Positions 23,423 through 33,488 of a stretch of DNA of 35,160 nt are shown here, piece by piece (position 1 is the first letter of the stretch; every line of letters begins with the position of its first letter). Where the stretch lies: positions 1 through 35,160 of the forward strand of contig JANNVX010000056.1 of NCBI GenBank assembly GCA_031414595.1. The letters are read 5' to 3'. The DNA comes from Deinococcales bacterium (GTDB taxonomy: Bacteria; Deinococcota; Deinococci; Deinococcales; JAAFIG01). The position numbers were made by a program, and so were the translations under genes. The notes below the pieces were generated by a model. That model did no database searches. It was not told the DNA's origin and saw nothing but the letters and a program-made list of their open reading frames with translations.

Positions 23423-24250
23423 ATGAATTCACCAAATCAGTTCAAGCCAAATAACGGCGTTGTCGAAGTTTCACCCACATCATTTGGTTGGCAATTTTTA
23501 TCCTTCAAGACCGTGTCCTTAAAAGCTGGCGAGCATTTTGAAGGCTCTACTTCTGATCAAGAAGCCGCACTCGTACCAATTTCTGGTTCGTTTGAAGTCC
23601 AGACCAGTGGTCAGTTAATTCCCTTGTCCCGCTCGAGTGTTTTCTTAGAACTGCCGCATGTGGTCTATATGCCGCCTGAAACCACCTACAACGTGGTGGC
23701 TCGAGAAGATACACTTTTTGCGATTGGTAGCGCTCCAGCTACAGGTTTGTTTCCCTTTCGGGTCTTTACCCCAAGCGAAATGAAAACTGAGGTGCGCGGC
23801 GGCGCAAATGCAACCCGTCAAGTCAATCATATTCTTGGTCCAGACTTACCCGCCGAGCGTTTGGTGCTGTTCGAGGTCTACACACCGTCTGGCTTCTGGT
23901 CGGGTATTCCGCCACATCGTCATGATGGTCTGCGTGGTTCTTTGTACGTCGAAGAAACCTACTACTACCGTATCGAACCCGCCGATATTGGTTGGGCAGT
24001 GCATCGCAATTACAGTCCAGAACATGGTTTAGACGAGTTGCTACTGGTCAAAGATGGTGATTTGGTATTAACGCCTGTCGGCTATCATCCTGTTTCTGCC
24101 CCTCCGGGTTCTAATGTCTATTTCCTGAATTTCCTAGCCGGAGACGCACTGCTCGAGCAACGTGCCGTTGCGCCGGTGGATGATTCCGATTGGGCGTGGT
24201 TGCGTGAGGACTGGGCGGGTAAACCCTTCAAAATTCCTTTTGGCAAATAA
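23423..24250 (+). CDS. iolB: 5-deoxy-glucuronate isomerase (likely start MNSPNQ)
   Basis: EVYTPSGFWS..PPHRHD, EETYYY, GYHP; GGAGG RBS. Confidence 0.93.
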   Translation: MNSPNQFKPNNGVVEVSPTSFGWQFLSFKTVSLKAGEHFEGSTSDQEAALVPISGSFEVQTSGQLIPLSRSSVFLELPHVVYMPPETTYNVVAREDTLFAIGSAPATGLFPFRVFTPSEMKTEVRGGANATRQVNHILGPDLPAERLVLFEVYTPSGFWSGIPPHRHDGLRGSLYVEETYYYRIEPADIGWAVHRNYSPEHGLDELLLVKDGDLVLTPVGYHPVSAPPGSNVYFLNFLAGDALLEQRAVAPVDDSDWAWLREDWAGKPFKIPFGK

Positions 24251-24252
24251 CC

Positions 24253-25029
24253 ATGAAAGCCGAAGAACGCCGCGCTAAAATCATTCAATTGCTCGAGCAG
24301 CAAGGCTCGGTCTTGGTGGATGAATTATCACCGCAGTTTGCGGTCAGTTCTGTCACGATTCGTAAAGACTTAGCCGAACTCGAGGAACGTGGTTTATTAC
24401 ACCGTACCCACGGTGGAGCAACCCATGCCCACAAAAGTTTATTTAATCCGTCCTTTGGTGAAAAAATCAATTTGCAACAACCGCAAAAAGAAGCCATTGC
24501 CAGAGCCGCCCTCGAGTATATCGAAGATGGCGATTCGATTATTTTAGGGGCTGGAAGCACGGTTTTAACCTTGGCGCGGCTGATGAAAAAACGTTTTCGC
24601 TCGCTGTATATCATTACCAATTCAATTCCAGTGGCGCTTGAGTTAGCCGATACTACATGGGAAATTTTACTGGTCGGTGGGCAGATTCGGCAGCACAGCA
24701 TGGCGTTAATCGGACCTGCGGCAGTGCGTACTTTAGAGGTCTACCATGCCGACAAAGCCTTTTTTGGCGCAACTGGTGTTTCATTACAAAAAGGCTATTC
24801 CACCCCCCACGCCGATATGTCGAACATCATTAAAGCCATGATAGAAGCAGTAGACAACGCCTATGCGTTGGTGGACAGTTCCAAATTAGGCAGGGCGACA
24901 CTGGTCAGTTTTGCCAAACTCCAAGATACAGATGTACTCATCACCGATGCAGACGCACCAAAGGACTTTTTAGAAGCCATGAAAACCCAGCAACTCGAGG
25001 TCAGAATTGCATTGAGCTATGAGCTTTGA
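24253..25029 (+). CDS. DeoR/GlpR-family transcriptional regulator (probable iol repressor)
   Basis: VSSVTIRKDL..LE..GLL.RTHGGA HTH plus DeoRC domain. Confidence 0.94.
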   Translation: MKAEERRAKIIQLLEQQGSVLVDELSPQFAVSSVTIRKDLAELEERGLLHRTHGGATHAHKSLFNPSFGEKINLQQPQKEAIARAALEYIEDGDSIILGAGSTVLTLARLMKKRFRSLYIITNSIPVALELADTTWEILLVGGQIRQHSMALIGPAAVRTLEVYHADKAFFGATGVSLQKGYSTPHADMSNIIKAMIEAVDNAYALVDSSKLGRATLVSFAKLQDTDVLITDADAPKDFLEAMKTQQLEVRIALSYEL

Positions 25030-25081
25030 GCTATGAGTCTCGAGAAACCCATCCTAAACACCATTCCCAATTTCCCCAACT

Positions 25082-25128
25082 AAAACCCCCTGCTTTGAGG
25101 GGGTCGCCGCTTGCGGCGGGGGGAGTGC
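25082..25128. repeat. Double-hairpin intergenic repeat, copy of 16408-16449
   Basis: Direct sequence similarity. Confidence 0.7.
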
Positions 25129-25165
25129 ATAGGAGCGCATTATCTCGAGTAAGCACTCCCCACTC

Positions 25166-25197
25166 ACAAAAAAACCCCCAAATAATTGGGGGTTTCT
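25166..25197 (-). terminator. Terminator after the DEAD-box helicase
   Basis: AAACCCCCAA-TTAT-TTGGGGGTTT followed by a T-tract on the minus strand. Confidence 0.7.
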
Positions 25198-25211
25198 AGC
25201 TTCAGCTTACT

Positions 25212-27104
25212 TTATCTACGTTCAAAGCGCTTGCCACGAGCAAAGCCACCTTCACGTGGGGCTGGGGAGAATTCGCGGCGAGTGCTGGTGCTTGGGCGTT
25301 CGTCTCGAGCGCCAGTTTGGACAGCTTGGGCGCGGGTTTGGGCGTTGCCTTGTGGAGCGGCAGCAACAGGGTTGCCTCGATCATCACGGTATTTGTAACC
25401 ACTGGTTCTTGCGCCGCCACCACTCGAAAAATTCCCTTGTGGGCGGCTGTTGCCACGGTCTTGGCTATATCCACCACGGTCTTGGCTGTAACCACCACGG
25501 TCTGAACCACGACTAAAGTTGCTGCGTCCTCCGCTTCGTTCGTCGTAACGGCGCTCGGTGCGTTGTTGTGGTTCGGCGCGTAATTCGGTGGCAACCTCGA
25601 TGGTCACATCCTCGAGCGGTGAGAGTGCAAGGAGTTTTGACAAAATGTCATTGGGAACATCGACATAAATGCCGTCACCGAACATTTGCATTTTACCTAG
25701 GATTTTGCTGCTGATGTTCGCACCCTTAGAAATCATGGCTACGGCGCGTGGGATACTTAAGCGTTGACCACGCAATTCAATGGTGGTTAAACCTTCTTCT
25801 TCGGTCAGTAAACTGACCTTTTTCGGAGCGTGGGTCACACCCGCAATCACGGCTAAGGCTCGAGCCAGAGCTTCTGCGCCCATTTCCTCGAGTAACCTGT
25901 CGGCTTCGTATTGGAACGGCGCAAGCACTTCGGCTGGAATACGGTTCAGTTCATTGGCTGCATGACGGGCGGCGGCGGTACGAACCTCGATTGGGCTTGG
26001 GGCTTCAAGTGGAATAAATTTATTGCCAATCACGCGCTCTAAATTCCGCAAATCGCGTTCTTCGCGTTGGGTATACAAAACAATCGCTTTGCCGCTACGT
26101 CCAGCCCGTCCTGTTCGTCCAGAACGGTGAATATAGCTTTCGGTATCATGTGGAAAATGGTGTTGAACCACCAATTCAATATCTGGGATGTCAATGCCGC
26201 GAGCCGCAACATCGGTGGCGACCAAAACACGGCTACGTCCAGCACGGAAACCATCAAGCACACGTTCGCGTTGGCTTTGGGCAAGGTCGCCATGAATCGC
26301 TTCGGCTTCAAATCCACGGTGAATCAGTTCTAACGCCAGTTCGTCGCAGTCGCGCTTGGTGCGGGTAAAAATAATCGCACGTTCTGGGGCAAGTACAGTC
26401 AACATGTCGGCTAAGACTCGAGTACGCTGGGCAGCTTGGATTTTAATGCTGTGGTGTTGCACCGTGCTGCTTTGCACCGAAGAGCTGTTTTCGACCAAAT
26501 CTATTTTGGCGGCGTTCTTTTGGTGTTTAGCGGCAAGGCGTTCAACCCAACGCGGCATGGTGGCACTAAAAAGCATGGTCTGGCGTTCAGGCGGGGCAGA
26601 CTCGAGGATTTTTTCTACTTGGTCTTGGAAACCCATACTGAGCATTTCGTCGGCTTCGTCAAGCACAACAAACTCGAGCGCAGAAAAATCTAAGTTATTG
26701 CGGTCTAAATGGTCTTGGATTCGTCCGGGTGTACCAACAATCACGTCCACACCAAAACGAATGGCGCGTTCTTGGCTGGCATAACTTGTTCCACCGTAAA
26801 ATTCTTGAACCTCGAGAACGCCCAATTGCTCGAACTCTTTGGCGGTTTGTTTGGCGAGTTCGCGGGTCGGGGCAAGAATCAAAGCGCGTGGCAAACGACC
26901 CTTTTGGCGGCTTGGTTCGAGCTTTGTAACAATTGGCAAGGCAAAGGCAAGGGTTTTGCCTGTACCAGTGCGGGCGCGTCCTAAAATATCACGTCCTTCT
27001 AAAGAAAAAGGCAGCGATTCGGCTTGAATTGGGGTCGGAATGGTGATACCTCGGGCGGCAAGGCTCGAGACGACAGCAGCAGACAACGGATAATCCGTAA
27101 ACAT
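25212..27104 (-). CDS. DEAD-box RNA helicase with C-terminal RNA-binding domain and R/G-rich tail
   Basis: ARTGTGKT, PTRELA, DEAD, SAT, ARGID, HRSGRTGRAG; DRGGYSQ repeats. Confidence 0.96.
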   Translation of the reverse strand: MFTDYPLSAAVVSSLAARGITIPTPIQAESLPFSLEGRDILGRARTGTGKTLAFALPIVTKLEPSRQKGRLPRALILAPTRELAKQTAKEFEQLGVLEVQEFYGGTSYASQERAIRFGVDVIVGTPGRIQDHLDRNNLDFSALEFVVLDEADEMLSMGFQDQVEKILESAPPERQTMLFSATMPRWVERLAAKHQKNAAKIDLVENSSSVQSSTVQHHSIKIQAAQRTRVLADMLTVLAPERAIIFTRTKRDCDELALELIHRGFEAEAIHGDLAQSQRERVLDGFRAGRSRVLVATDVAARGIDIPDIELVVQHHFPHDTESYIHRSGRTGRAGRSGKAIVLYTQREERDLRNLERVIGNKFIPLEAPSPIEVRTAAARHAANELNRIPAEVLAPFQYEADRLLEEMGAEALARALAVIAGVTHAPKKVSLLTEEEGLTTIELRGQRLSIPRAVAMISKGANISSKILGKMQMFGDGIYVDVPNDILSKLLALSPLEDVTIEVATELRAEPQQRTERRYDERSGGRSNFSRGSDRGGYSQDRGGYSQDRGNSRPQGNFSSGGGARTSGYKYRDDRGNPVAAAPQGNAQTRAQAVQTGARDERPSTSTRREFSPAPREGGFARGKRFERR

Positions 27105-27462
27105 GGGGGTTTCCTTTCGGGGTCGCTTATAGAGACGTTTCTCGAGAGAACATCTCTCTAAACAACTCGCTCATTCGCGTTTTAACCCAGAACCATCCCG
27201 TGCCTACGCGACCCTACGCAAAGACTTTGCGTATAACGCCATCCTCTTGATGGCAACCGTAACAGTGTAGACAAAATAATATGAGAAGCATGAATAAGGA
27301 TTTGAGGTTTCGTTTCAAATGCAAAATTACAATTCCAACTATGCCTAACAATTTGGATACATCAGCAGGTGATTCAAGAACACCACGTCGTACCCTTTGG
27401 TGACATTAAAGTTATATTCGCCTACCACCAAGTTTAGGTCTAGCATATGAGATTAGTTTAAC

Positions 27463-28221
27463 TTATGTTGATGATGCTATTGCTTTTTTTGGTTCAAGTC
27501 CTATTCGCAGGGCTAGGATTAAGGGGTAAAGCAAGGTTAAGTAAAGAAAATTATACACCCATGTTGATAATTCAGGTTTTTCGCCGATCAATTTCCATCC
27601 GACATTTATGGTGATGACGGCTGCTGTGAATAGTAAAATGGTCTGTCCTGTTTGTTCAGCCCATATGTTTATTGGTTGCAATTCGAGTGAGTTGTGTTTG
27701 TGACGAAGAAACCACTTCCAGAAGGTTAGTAAAACTGCTCCAGCCGTTATGCCAATAGCCGCAATTATTGGAATGCCTATATCTGTTGCAAAGACAACAA
27801 GGTTGATTGGTATGACCAATACCCAAAAGCTGAGCATGGCTTTGTTGGTTAGGGCTAGTGTGATGATTAGCACAGCAAGAAACATTGGCATTCCTGCCCC
27901 ACTGCTAAAAGGTAAAAAGGAAAAGATTAGCAAGTACCTTGGTAATCTGTGTCCCCAGCCTTGCCAACCGTGTCGCCGAGCTGCATATGTTAGTCCAGCA
28001 AATGCTCCAAATATTGTTGCAATAATTAAGATAGTGATTGTACCTGAGACACTAAATTCAGGGTTTGCGGATACAAGTCGCATCCAAATTCTGGCTACAA
28101 TACCCCAAATCAGTCCGATAGAAGCTCCCGTTAGCATTGCAATTCGGACTTTGGGAATTTGTGTTTTGGCATCTAAGTGCCTTGAAGGTAAGTAAAAGAT
28201 TCTTTGGAAATTAGTTTCCAT
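27463..28221 (-). CDS. Hypothetical integral membrane protein
   Basis: 252 aa, about 7-8 hydrophobic segments, GGAGG RBS; AT-richer than neighbours. Confidence 0.75.
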   Translation of the reverse strand: METNFQRIFYLPSRHLDAKTQIPKVRIAMLTGASIGLIWGIVARIWMRLVSANPEFSVSGTITILIIATIFGAFAGLTYAARRHGWQGWGHRLPRYLLIFSFLPFSSGAGMPMFLAVLIITLALTNKAMLSFWVLVIPINLVVFATDIGIPIIAAIGITAGAVLLTFWKWFLRHKHNSLELQPINIWAEQTGQTILLFTAAVITINVGWKLIGEKPELSTWVYNFLYLTLLYPLILALRIGLEPKKAIASST

Positions 28222-28355
28222 TTTGAGCCTCCTTCCACATGTAGATGTGGTACAAACCCTCTACATCGCGTAATGCTTGTTGGTTTGAAAAGAATTATTA
28301 TTCTCTATTTTTTATGCGACGCTGATGCGACGCTGCTTAGAATATACTACCCTTC

Positions 28356-30230
28356 ATGAAAAAAATACTTTGGTTATTGGTCTTTTTACTGACCTCGAGC
28401 GCCTCGGCTTTTAATTTGTTGCCACCAGTTCCAGATTTAGAATTGGCTCGAGCCGCCCAAAGTCCAGCCAATTCTTGGACGATTCTGGTCTATTTGCACG
28501 CCGACCATAACCTTGACCCAAGCAGTGTGGTGGACATGCAGGAAATGCAGAAAATTGGCTCGAGCAACAGCTTTAACATTGTGGTGCAGTGGGATAGAAG
28601 CGCCGTTTCGGGGGTACAACGTGGCGTGGTTGGACAAGGCAAATTTAATGTGGTGCAGAAAATGCCAGAGTTAAATTCGGATGACCCAAAAGTGCTGGCA
28701 GAATTTATTTCTTGGGGTGTCCAAAAATACCCAGCGAGGCGTTACGGTTTAATCATGTGGGATCATGGTGGACAGTGGGATGGTGGTTTTGGAGGCGATG
28801 AAACCAACAAGGGTGATGGCTTAAGTGTGCCGGATATGCGTCGTGCAATTCAGGCTGGAATGGCACAGAGCCAACAGAAAAAATTGGAGTTCTTATCGTT
28901 TGATACCTGTTTAATGGGTGGTCTCGAGTTACTGGGAAGTTTTGCCGATTTAGCCAGTGTTTACATTGCCAATCCCGAACTTGATTTTGGTGATGGCTGG
29001 GAATACACCAACGCCTTTGGCTACTTAAAGTCAAACCCAAGTGCGCCCATGAACTTATTTGCCACCAAGGAAAACGAATACTGGGCAAAGCACCACAGTG
29101 TGGATGAAGCCGATATTTTGTACCGCGCCCACACCGCCTATGACTCGAGTAAATTTGGGGCGCTCTTAAGTGCCAGCAATGCTTTTTCGATAGCACTTAA
29201 GAGTGCTTGGACAAATGAAACCGATAAACTCGCCACGCTTCGCAGTAAAGTTCTCGAGTACAACATTGACACCGACGAACCTCGAGCGCCAAAAAATTAC
29301 GTGGATTATGGTCATTTTGCGGCACTGGTGGCAAAAACCACGGCGGACGCAAACCTAAAAACGGCAGCCGTCAATTTGCAAACGGCAATCAAAAACTCGG
29401 TGATTGCCAAGACCCTTGGTAAGAGCAACCAAGCCGCCAGTGGCTTAAGTGTGTGGATGCCCGCCGATAATTCCGAATTGCCCGAAGCCAGTGTCTTAGA
29501 GACCTACTCGAGCTTAAATAAAGTGGCTGACAGTGGTTGGAATGTCTTTTTGGATACTTGGTTTGGTACAGTAGAACAAAATGACGAAGCGCCAACGCTT
29601 GAATTACTCGAGGCTCGTAATGTGACCGCACCTAGCACGAGTAAACCCACCGAAGTGGATTTTAGGGTGGCTGGTAAGGATTTAGATGGAGTCTATGCCA
29701 GTATTGGACGCGAAGTGGGGACAAGTTTTAACCTGTACGGAGATTTATTCTTTGACCGAGCCGAAGAAGGTGAATTTACTGCTGAGTGGGATGGTTCTTT
29801 GATTTATTTAACCGATGGCAAGAACCGTGATTTGTTCACTGGTTTTTTTCAAGATGTTGGCGATTCGTTGCTGGCGGCTACCGCCCAGTATTCCGAACCC
29901 AAAGACCTCGAGACCACCCCCGTGATTGTTTTAATGAATGCTGAGACGCTGCGGATTACCGCCATGCTCGATGATTCTGGCTCGAGTCCGCGTGAAATGA
30001 CCGCTAAGCCCGGTGCGACTTTAGAATTTGAGTATTTGCGCTACGAGACCATTGATGATGAAGACCCAGACTTTGTAACTACTGGCGGCAAAGTGATTAT
30101 CCCTGCGGCTGGCTTGAAAGCCTTAAGAAGCACCCTCTCCCCTGCCCCAAAAGGTGATTATGTATTGCTGTTTGGTGTGACTGACTGGGCGGGCAACGAA
30201 GAAAATGATGAAGTAGCGGTTAAGATTTAA
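28356..30230 (+). CDS. Secreted clostripain-family (C11) cysteine peptidase
   Basis: Signal peptide; WTILVYL.AD.NL, catalytic WDHGG and FDTCLMG. Confidence 0.9.
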   Translation: MKKILWLLVFLLTSSASAFNLLPPVPDLELARAAQSPANSWTILVYLHADHNLDPSSVVDMQEMQKIGSSNSFNIVVQWDRSAVSGVQRGVVGQGKFNVVQKMPELNSDDPKVLAEFISWGVQKYPARRYGLIMWDHGGQWDGGFGGDETNKGDGLSVPDMRRAIQAGMAQSQQKKLEFLSFDTCLMGGLELLGSFADLASVYIANPELDFGDGWEYTNAFGYLKSNPSAPMNLFATKENEYWAKHHSVDEADILYRAHTAYDSSKFGALLSASNAFSIALKSAWTNETDKLATLRSKVLEYNIDTDEPRAPKNYVDYGHFAALVAKTTADANLKTAAVNLQTAIKNSVIAKTLGKSNQAASGLSVWMPADNSELPEASVLETYSSLNKVADSGWNVFLDTWFGTVEQNDEAPTLELLEARNVTAPSTSKPTEVDFRVAGKDLDGVYASIGREVGTSFNLYGDLFFDRAEEGEFTAEWDGSLIYLTDGKNRDLFTGFFQDVGDSLLAATAQYSEPKDLETTPVIVLMNAETLRITAMLDDSGSSPREMTAKPGATLEFEYLRYETIDDEDPDFVTTGGKVIIPAAGLKALRSTLSPAPKGDYVLLFGVTDWAGNEENDEVAVKI

Positions 30231-30276
30231 TTCTATGCTCTATTTGTCTGAACCTTGCATTTGCTATGCTCGAGAC

Positions 30277-30669
30277 ATGAAAAGACTTTTTTTATTGGTT
30301 TTGCTTGGCTTGGCGGTCAGTTGTGTGCCTCAATCACGTCCTTTGATGGTTTATAAAGCCACCGTTCAACAACTCCAAGATGCAATCGTGGCAAAAGGTT
30401 TACAGACACAGCCAAGTTTTTCGTATAACTTTTATTCGCCAGTCGTGATTACCGAAAATTCTTTGATTCTCGAGGCAACTCCGCTCCCAGCCTTTGGCAT
30501 CCTTGCACCGAATGCCAAAATTCGCTTGGCTTGGACATTTGTCAAGCGTGAAAATGCAACCGTCGCCGCCGTAGATGCCGTTTGTACTCCAGCCAAATCT
30601 GGTTGCAGCGACTATGCACAGGTTTTTACCAACGATTTGAATATCAAGTTTGTACTGAACACTTACTGA
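30277..30669 (+). CDS. Putative lipoprotein (likely start MKRLFLL)
   Basis: Lipobox LAVSC after a basic/hydrophobic signal peptide; TATGCT 6 nt before ATG. Confidence 0.75.
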   Translation: MKRLFLLVLLGLAVSCVPQSRPLMVYKATVQQLQDAIVAKGLQTQPSFSYNFYSPVVITENSLILEATPLPAFGILAPNAKIRLAWTFVKRENATVAAVDAVCTPAKSGCSDYAQVFTNDLNIKFVLNTY

Positions 30670-30708
30670 GGTAAAAAGGCGCAAGAGTTCTTGCGCCTTT
30701 TTTATAGC

Positions 30709-30752
30709 TTGACAAATGACCATGAGTCATTTAATATCTGACTCATGGTCAT
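30709..30752 (+). promoter_or_regulatory. Leaderless promoter and TetR operator
   Basis: TTGACA(30709)-17-TAATAT(30732); 14-bp inverted repeat ATGACCATGAGTCA/TGACTCATGGTCAT overlapping the promoter and ATG. Confidence 0.75.
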
Positions 30753-31374
30753 TAAGACTCGAGCGCGAAGTGACAGTGCCAAGGAGGAACGCCGCAGTCA
30801 ACTACTTGCTGTGGCTCGACAACTCTTTGAAGCTCGGGGTGTGGCATTTTCGATGCTCGAGGTTGCCCAAGCTGCTGGGCTTGCCAAAGGCACAAGCTAC
30901 TTGTACTTTGCCACCAAAGAAGAATTATTGCTCGAGCTTTTGCACCAAGAACTTGAGGCTTGGTTTAGCGAGTTGCATACCATGCTCGAGCGACCAAAAA
31001 ACCTAGCTATGCAAGTTGCATCTAGCATCTCGAGCCGTGAAATTCTGGTTGGCTTACTGGCAGTTCAGGTGAGTCACTTGGAACATAACCTGAGTTTTGA
31101 AGCCGCCCTCAAATTCAAAACTTTTTTACTCGAGCAAAGCATGGCGGTTATTCCAAAACTCGAGCAGGTCTTTCCAAATACTAGCGGACTTGAAATCCTG
31201 CAAACCCTAAATGCCCTTGTGATTGGCTTAGCCCAAATGTCACGTCCTGTTGGCACAATGCAGGAAGTCCTCAAACGCCCCGAAATCAGCGCTCTACACG
31301 TTAGCTTTGCAATAGCTTTAGAGCATAGCCTCACGACCCTTTTTAGGGGACTAGAACACCAAGGAGAACCATGA
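30745..31374 (+). CDS. TetR-family transcriptional regulator
   Basis: VAQAAGLAKGTSYLYFATKEELL HTH. Confidence 0.94.
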   Translation: MVIKTRARSDSAKEERRSQLLAVARQLFEARGVAFSMLEVAQAAGLAKGTSYLYFATKEELLLELLHQELEAWFSELHTMLERPKNLAMQVASSISSREILVGLLAVQVSHLEHNLSFEAALKFKTFLLEQSMAVIPKLEQVFPNTSGLEILQTLNALVIGLAQMSRPVGTMQEVLKRPEISALHVSFAIALEHSLTTLFRGLEHQGEP

Positions 31375-32147
31375 ACAGCAAACCCCTGGCACTTGTGACC
31401 GGCGCATCTGGTGGCATTGGCGAAGAAATCGCCAAGCAACTTTCAAATAAGTACCGTCTGGTGCTGGTGGCTCGCAGCCAAGATAAACTCGAGAGACTGG
31501 CACAAGAACTTGGTGGTGCAGAAGTGATAGCCCTAGATTTAGCCGCACCAGACGCAACCCAAAAACTGATGGCACAACTCGAGGCTCGAGGGCTAATCAT
31601 CGAAGTGCTGGTCAATAACGCTGGTTTTGGTGAATTTGGCGAATTTGTGTCTTTAGAAGCCAGTAAGCTCGAGCAGATGATTCTTTTGAACATCAACACC
31701 TTAACCATGCTGACCAGAGCCTTGTTACCAAGCATGTTGGCTGTCAAACGCGGCAAAATTTTGAACGTTGCCAGTATCGCCGCATTTATGCCAGGTCCTC
31801 TGATGACAGTCTATTATGCCAGCAAAGCCTATGTGCTTTCTTTTGGTGAAGCCTTGGACGAAGAACTAAAAGGCACTGGGGTCAGTGTCACCACCCTTTG
31901 TCCGGGTCCAGTCAAAACTGGTTTTCAAGACCGCGCTGATATGAATGATTCTAAGCTGATGCAAAATCCAATGAACCCGATGATAACCGTTTCAGAAGTT
32001 GCGACTCAAGCTGTGGCTGCGCTCGAAAACAAATCTCGCCTGATAATTCCGGGCATTATGAACCAAATTCTAGCGTTCATGCCGCGCTTGATGCCTCGAG
32101 CCTTTGTGCCGAGTATGGTTAAAAACGCACAAGCTAAAAATCATTAA
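31371..32147 (+). CDS. Short-chain dehydrogenase/reductase
   Basis: TGASGGIG, NNAG, YYASK, CPGPV. Confidence 0.95.
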   Translation: MNSKPLALVTGASGGIGEEIAKQLSNKYRLVLVARSQDKLERLAQELGGAEVIALDLAAPDATQKLMAQLEARGLIIEVLVNNAGFGEFGEFVSLEASKLEQMILLNINTLTMLTRALLPSMLAVKRGKILNVASIAAFMPGPLMTVYYASKAYVLSFGEALDEELKGTGVSVTTLCPGPVKTGFQDRADMNDSKLMQNPMNPMITVSEVATQAVAALENKSRLIIPGIMNQILAFMPRLMPRAFVPSMVKNAQAKNH

Positions 32148-33328
32148 AGCTGATTCAAAGCTCGAACAGCTTTTAATCCCTTCTCGAGGTCGTCAATCAG
32201 GTCATCTGGGTGTTCTACACCAATAGATAATCGCACCAGTCCATCAGTCACGCCTTGGCGAATCCGCAGTTCAGGCTCGAGCAATTGATGGGTGGTGCTG
32301 GCAGGGTGCGAGGCAAGCGATTCAACGTCACCGAGGCTGACTGCTTGAACAAATAGTTCTAAAGAATCTAAGAATGCCCGGGCTGCATTTAAGCCGCCTT
32401 TTAGTTCAAGGGCAATCATGCCGCCAAAACGCTTCATTTGCTTTTTTGCAAGTTGATGCTGTGGGTGACTTTCTAAACCGGGGTAATGCAGCGCCGTAAT
32501 TTCGGGTTGCTTGGCTAACCATGCTGCCACGATTTCTGCCCCGTCACAATGGGCATCCATCCGAAGCGGTAAGGTTTTAATGCCTCGTAAAAACAAAAAG
32601 GCTTCTTGCGCCCCAAGCGCCCCGCCAAAGTGCCGCAACCCCTCGAGCCGCACACTTAAACACAGTTGCACGGAAGCACAAATCACACCGCCAATCGCAT
32701 CACCATGTCCGCCAAGGTATTTGGTCATGCTGTGCAGAGAGACATCAAAACCATGCTCAAGCGGACGGGTCAAGTATGGTGTAGCAAAAGTATTATCGGT
32801 CACAGCCAGCGCTCCAACCCGATGTGCGGCGGTGGCAATTCGTGGCAAATCAAGAATCCGCAAATTGGGATTCATTGGGCTTTCGACATAGACCATTTTG
32901 GTATTGCTCGAGATTCGTGTTTCCAAGTCGGTTTCGTCACTGGCTTCAATCACCTTGAAGCCTAGCCGCTCAAGGGTATCCAAGAAAAAACCTTCTGTGC
33001 CACCATACAGTGGTCCAATAAACACCAGTTCATCGTTTGGCTCGAGAATCGTCATACACAAAGCACTGATTGCCGCCATACCACTCGAGAAGCAAAGCGC
33101 ATCCTCGGCGGATTCGAGACTCGCCATTTTTTCCTCGAGCGCCCGCACCGTTGGGTTGTTGATTCGGCTGTAAATATACCCAGCTTCCTCGAGGGCAAAA
33201 AGCCTTGCCCCACGGTCAAAATTGCCCAATGCAAAGGTACTGGTTTGGTAAATTGGCACAGCATGAGCGCCAGTTTGCGGGTCGGGCTTATGTCCAGCAT
33301 GAACGGCACGGGTTCTAAAATCAGTCAT
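32144..33328 (-). CDS. PLP-dependent trans-sulfuration enzyme, most like methionine gamma-lyase
   Basis: YIYSRINNPT, SSGMAAI, DNTFATP, HSMTKYLGGHGD, AVSLGDVESL..HPAS.TH. Confidence 0.9.
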   Translation of the reverse strand: MTDFRTRAVHAGHKPDPQTGAHAVPIYQTSTFALGNFDRGARLFALEEAGYIYSRINNPTVRALEEKMASLESAEDALCFSSGMAAISALCMTILEPNDELVFIGPLYGGTEGFFLDTLERLGFKVIEASDETDLETRISSNTKMVYVESPMNPNLRILDLPRIATAAHRVGALAVTDNTFATPYLTRPLEHGFDVSLHSMTKYLGGHGDAIGGVICASVQLCLSVRLEGLRHFGGALGAQEAFLFLRGIKTLPLRMDAHCDGAEIVAAWLAKQPEITALHYPGLESHPQHQLAKKQMKRFGGMIALELKGGLNAARAFLDSLELFVQAVSLGDVESLASHPASTTHQLLEPELRIRQGVTDGLVRLSIGVEHPDDLIDDLEKGLKAVRALNQL

Positions 33329-33488
33329 TAAAGGAATTTATAACAAACGAACGCTTGTTTTGCAAGGACAGCCAAAAATTTCAGTGGGTCATTCATTTTG
33401 CAAAATGACTTTGAATTACCTCGAGAATAACCAATCAAACGAGTTTTCTCAAAGCTCAAGACTCATAGCCCATAGCTGAATGACCCAC

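Noticed and set aside
25202-25594. 130-aa alternative-frame ORF at the end of the DEAD-box gene
   Set aside because: It is an off-frame reading of the low-complexity R/G-rich tail; the main frame is intact.
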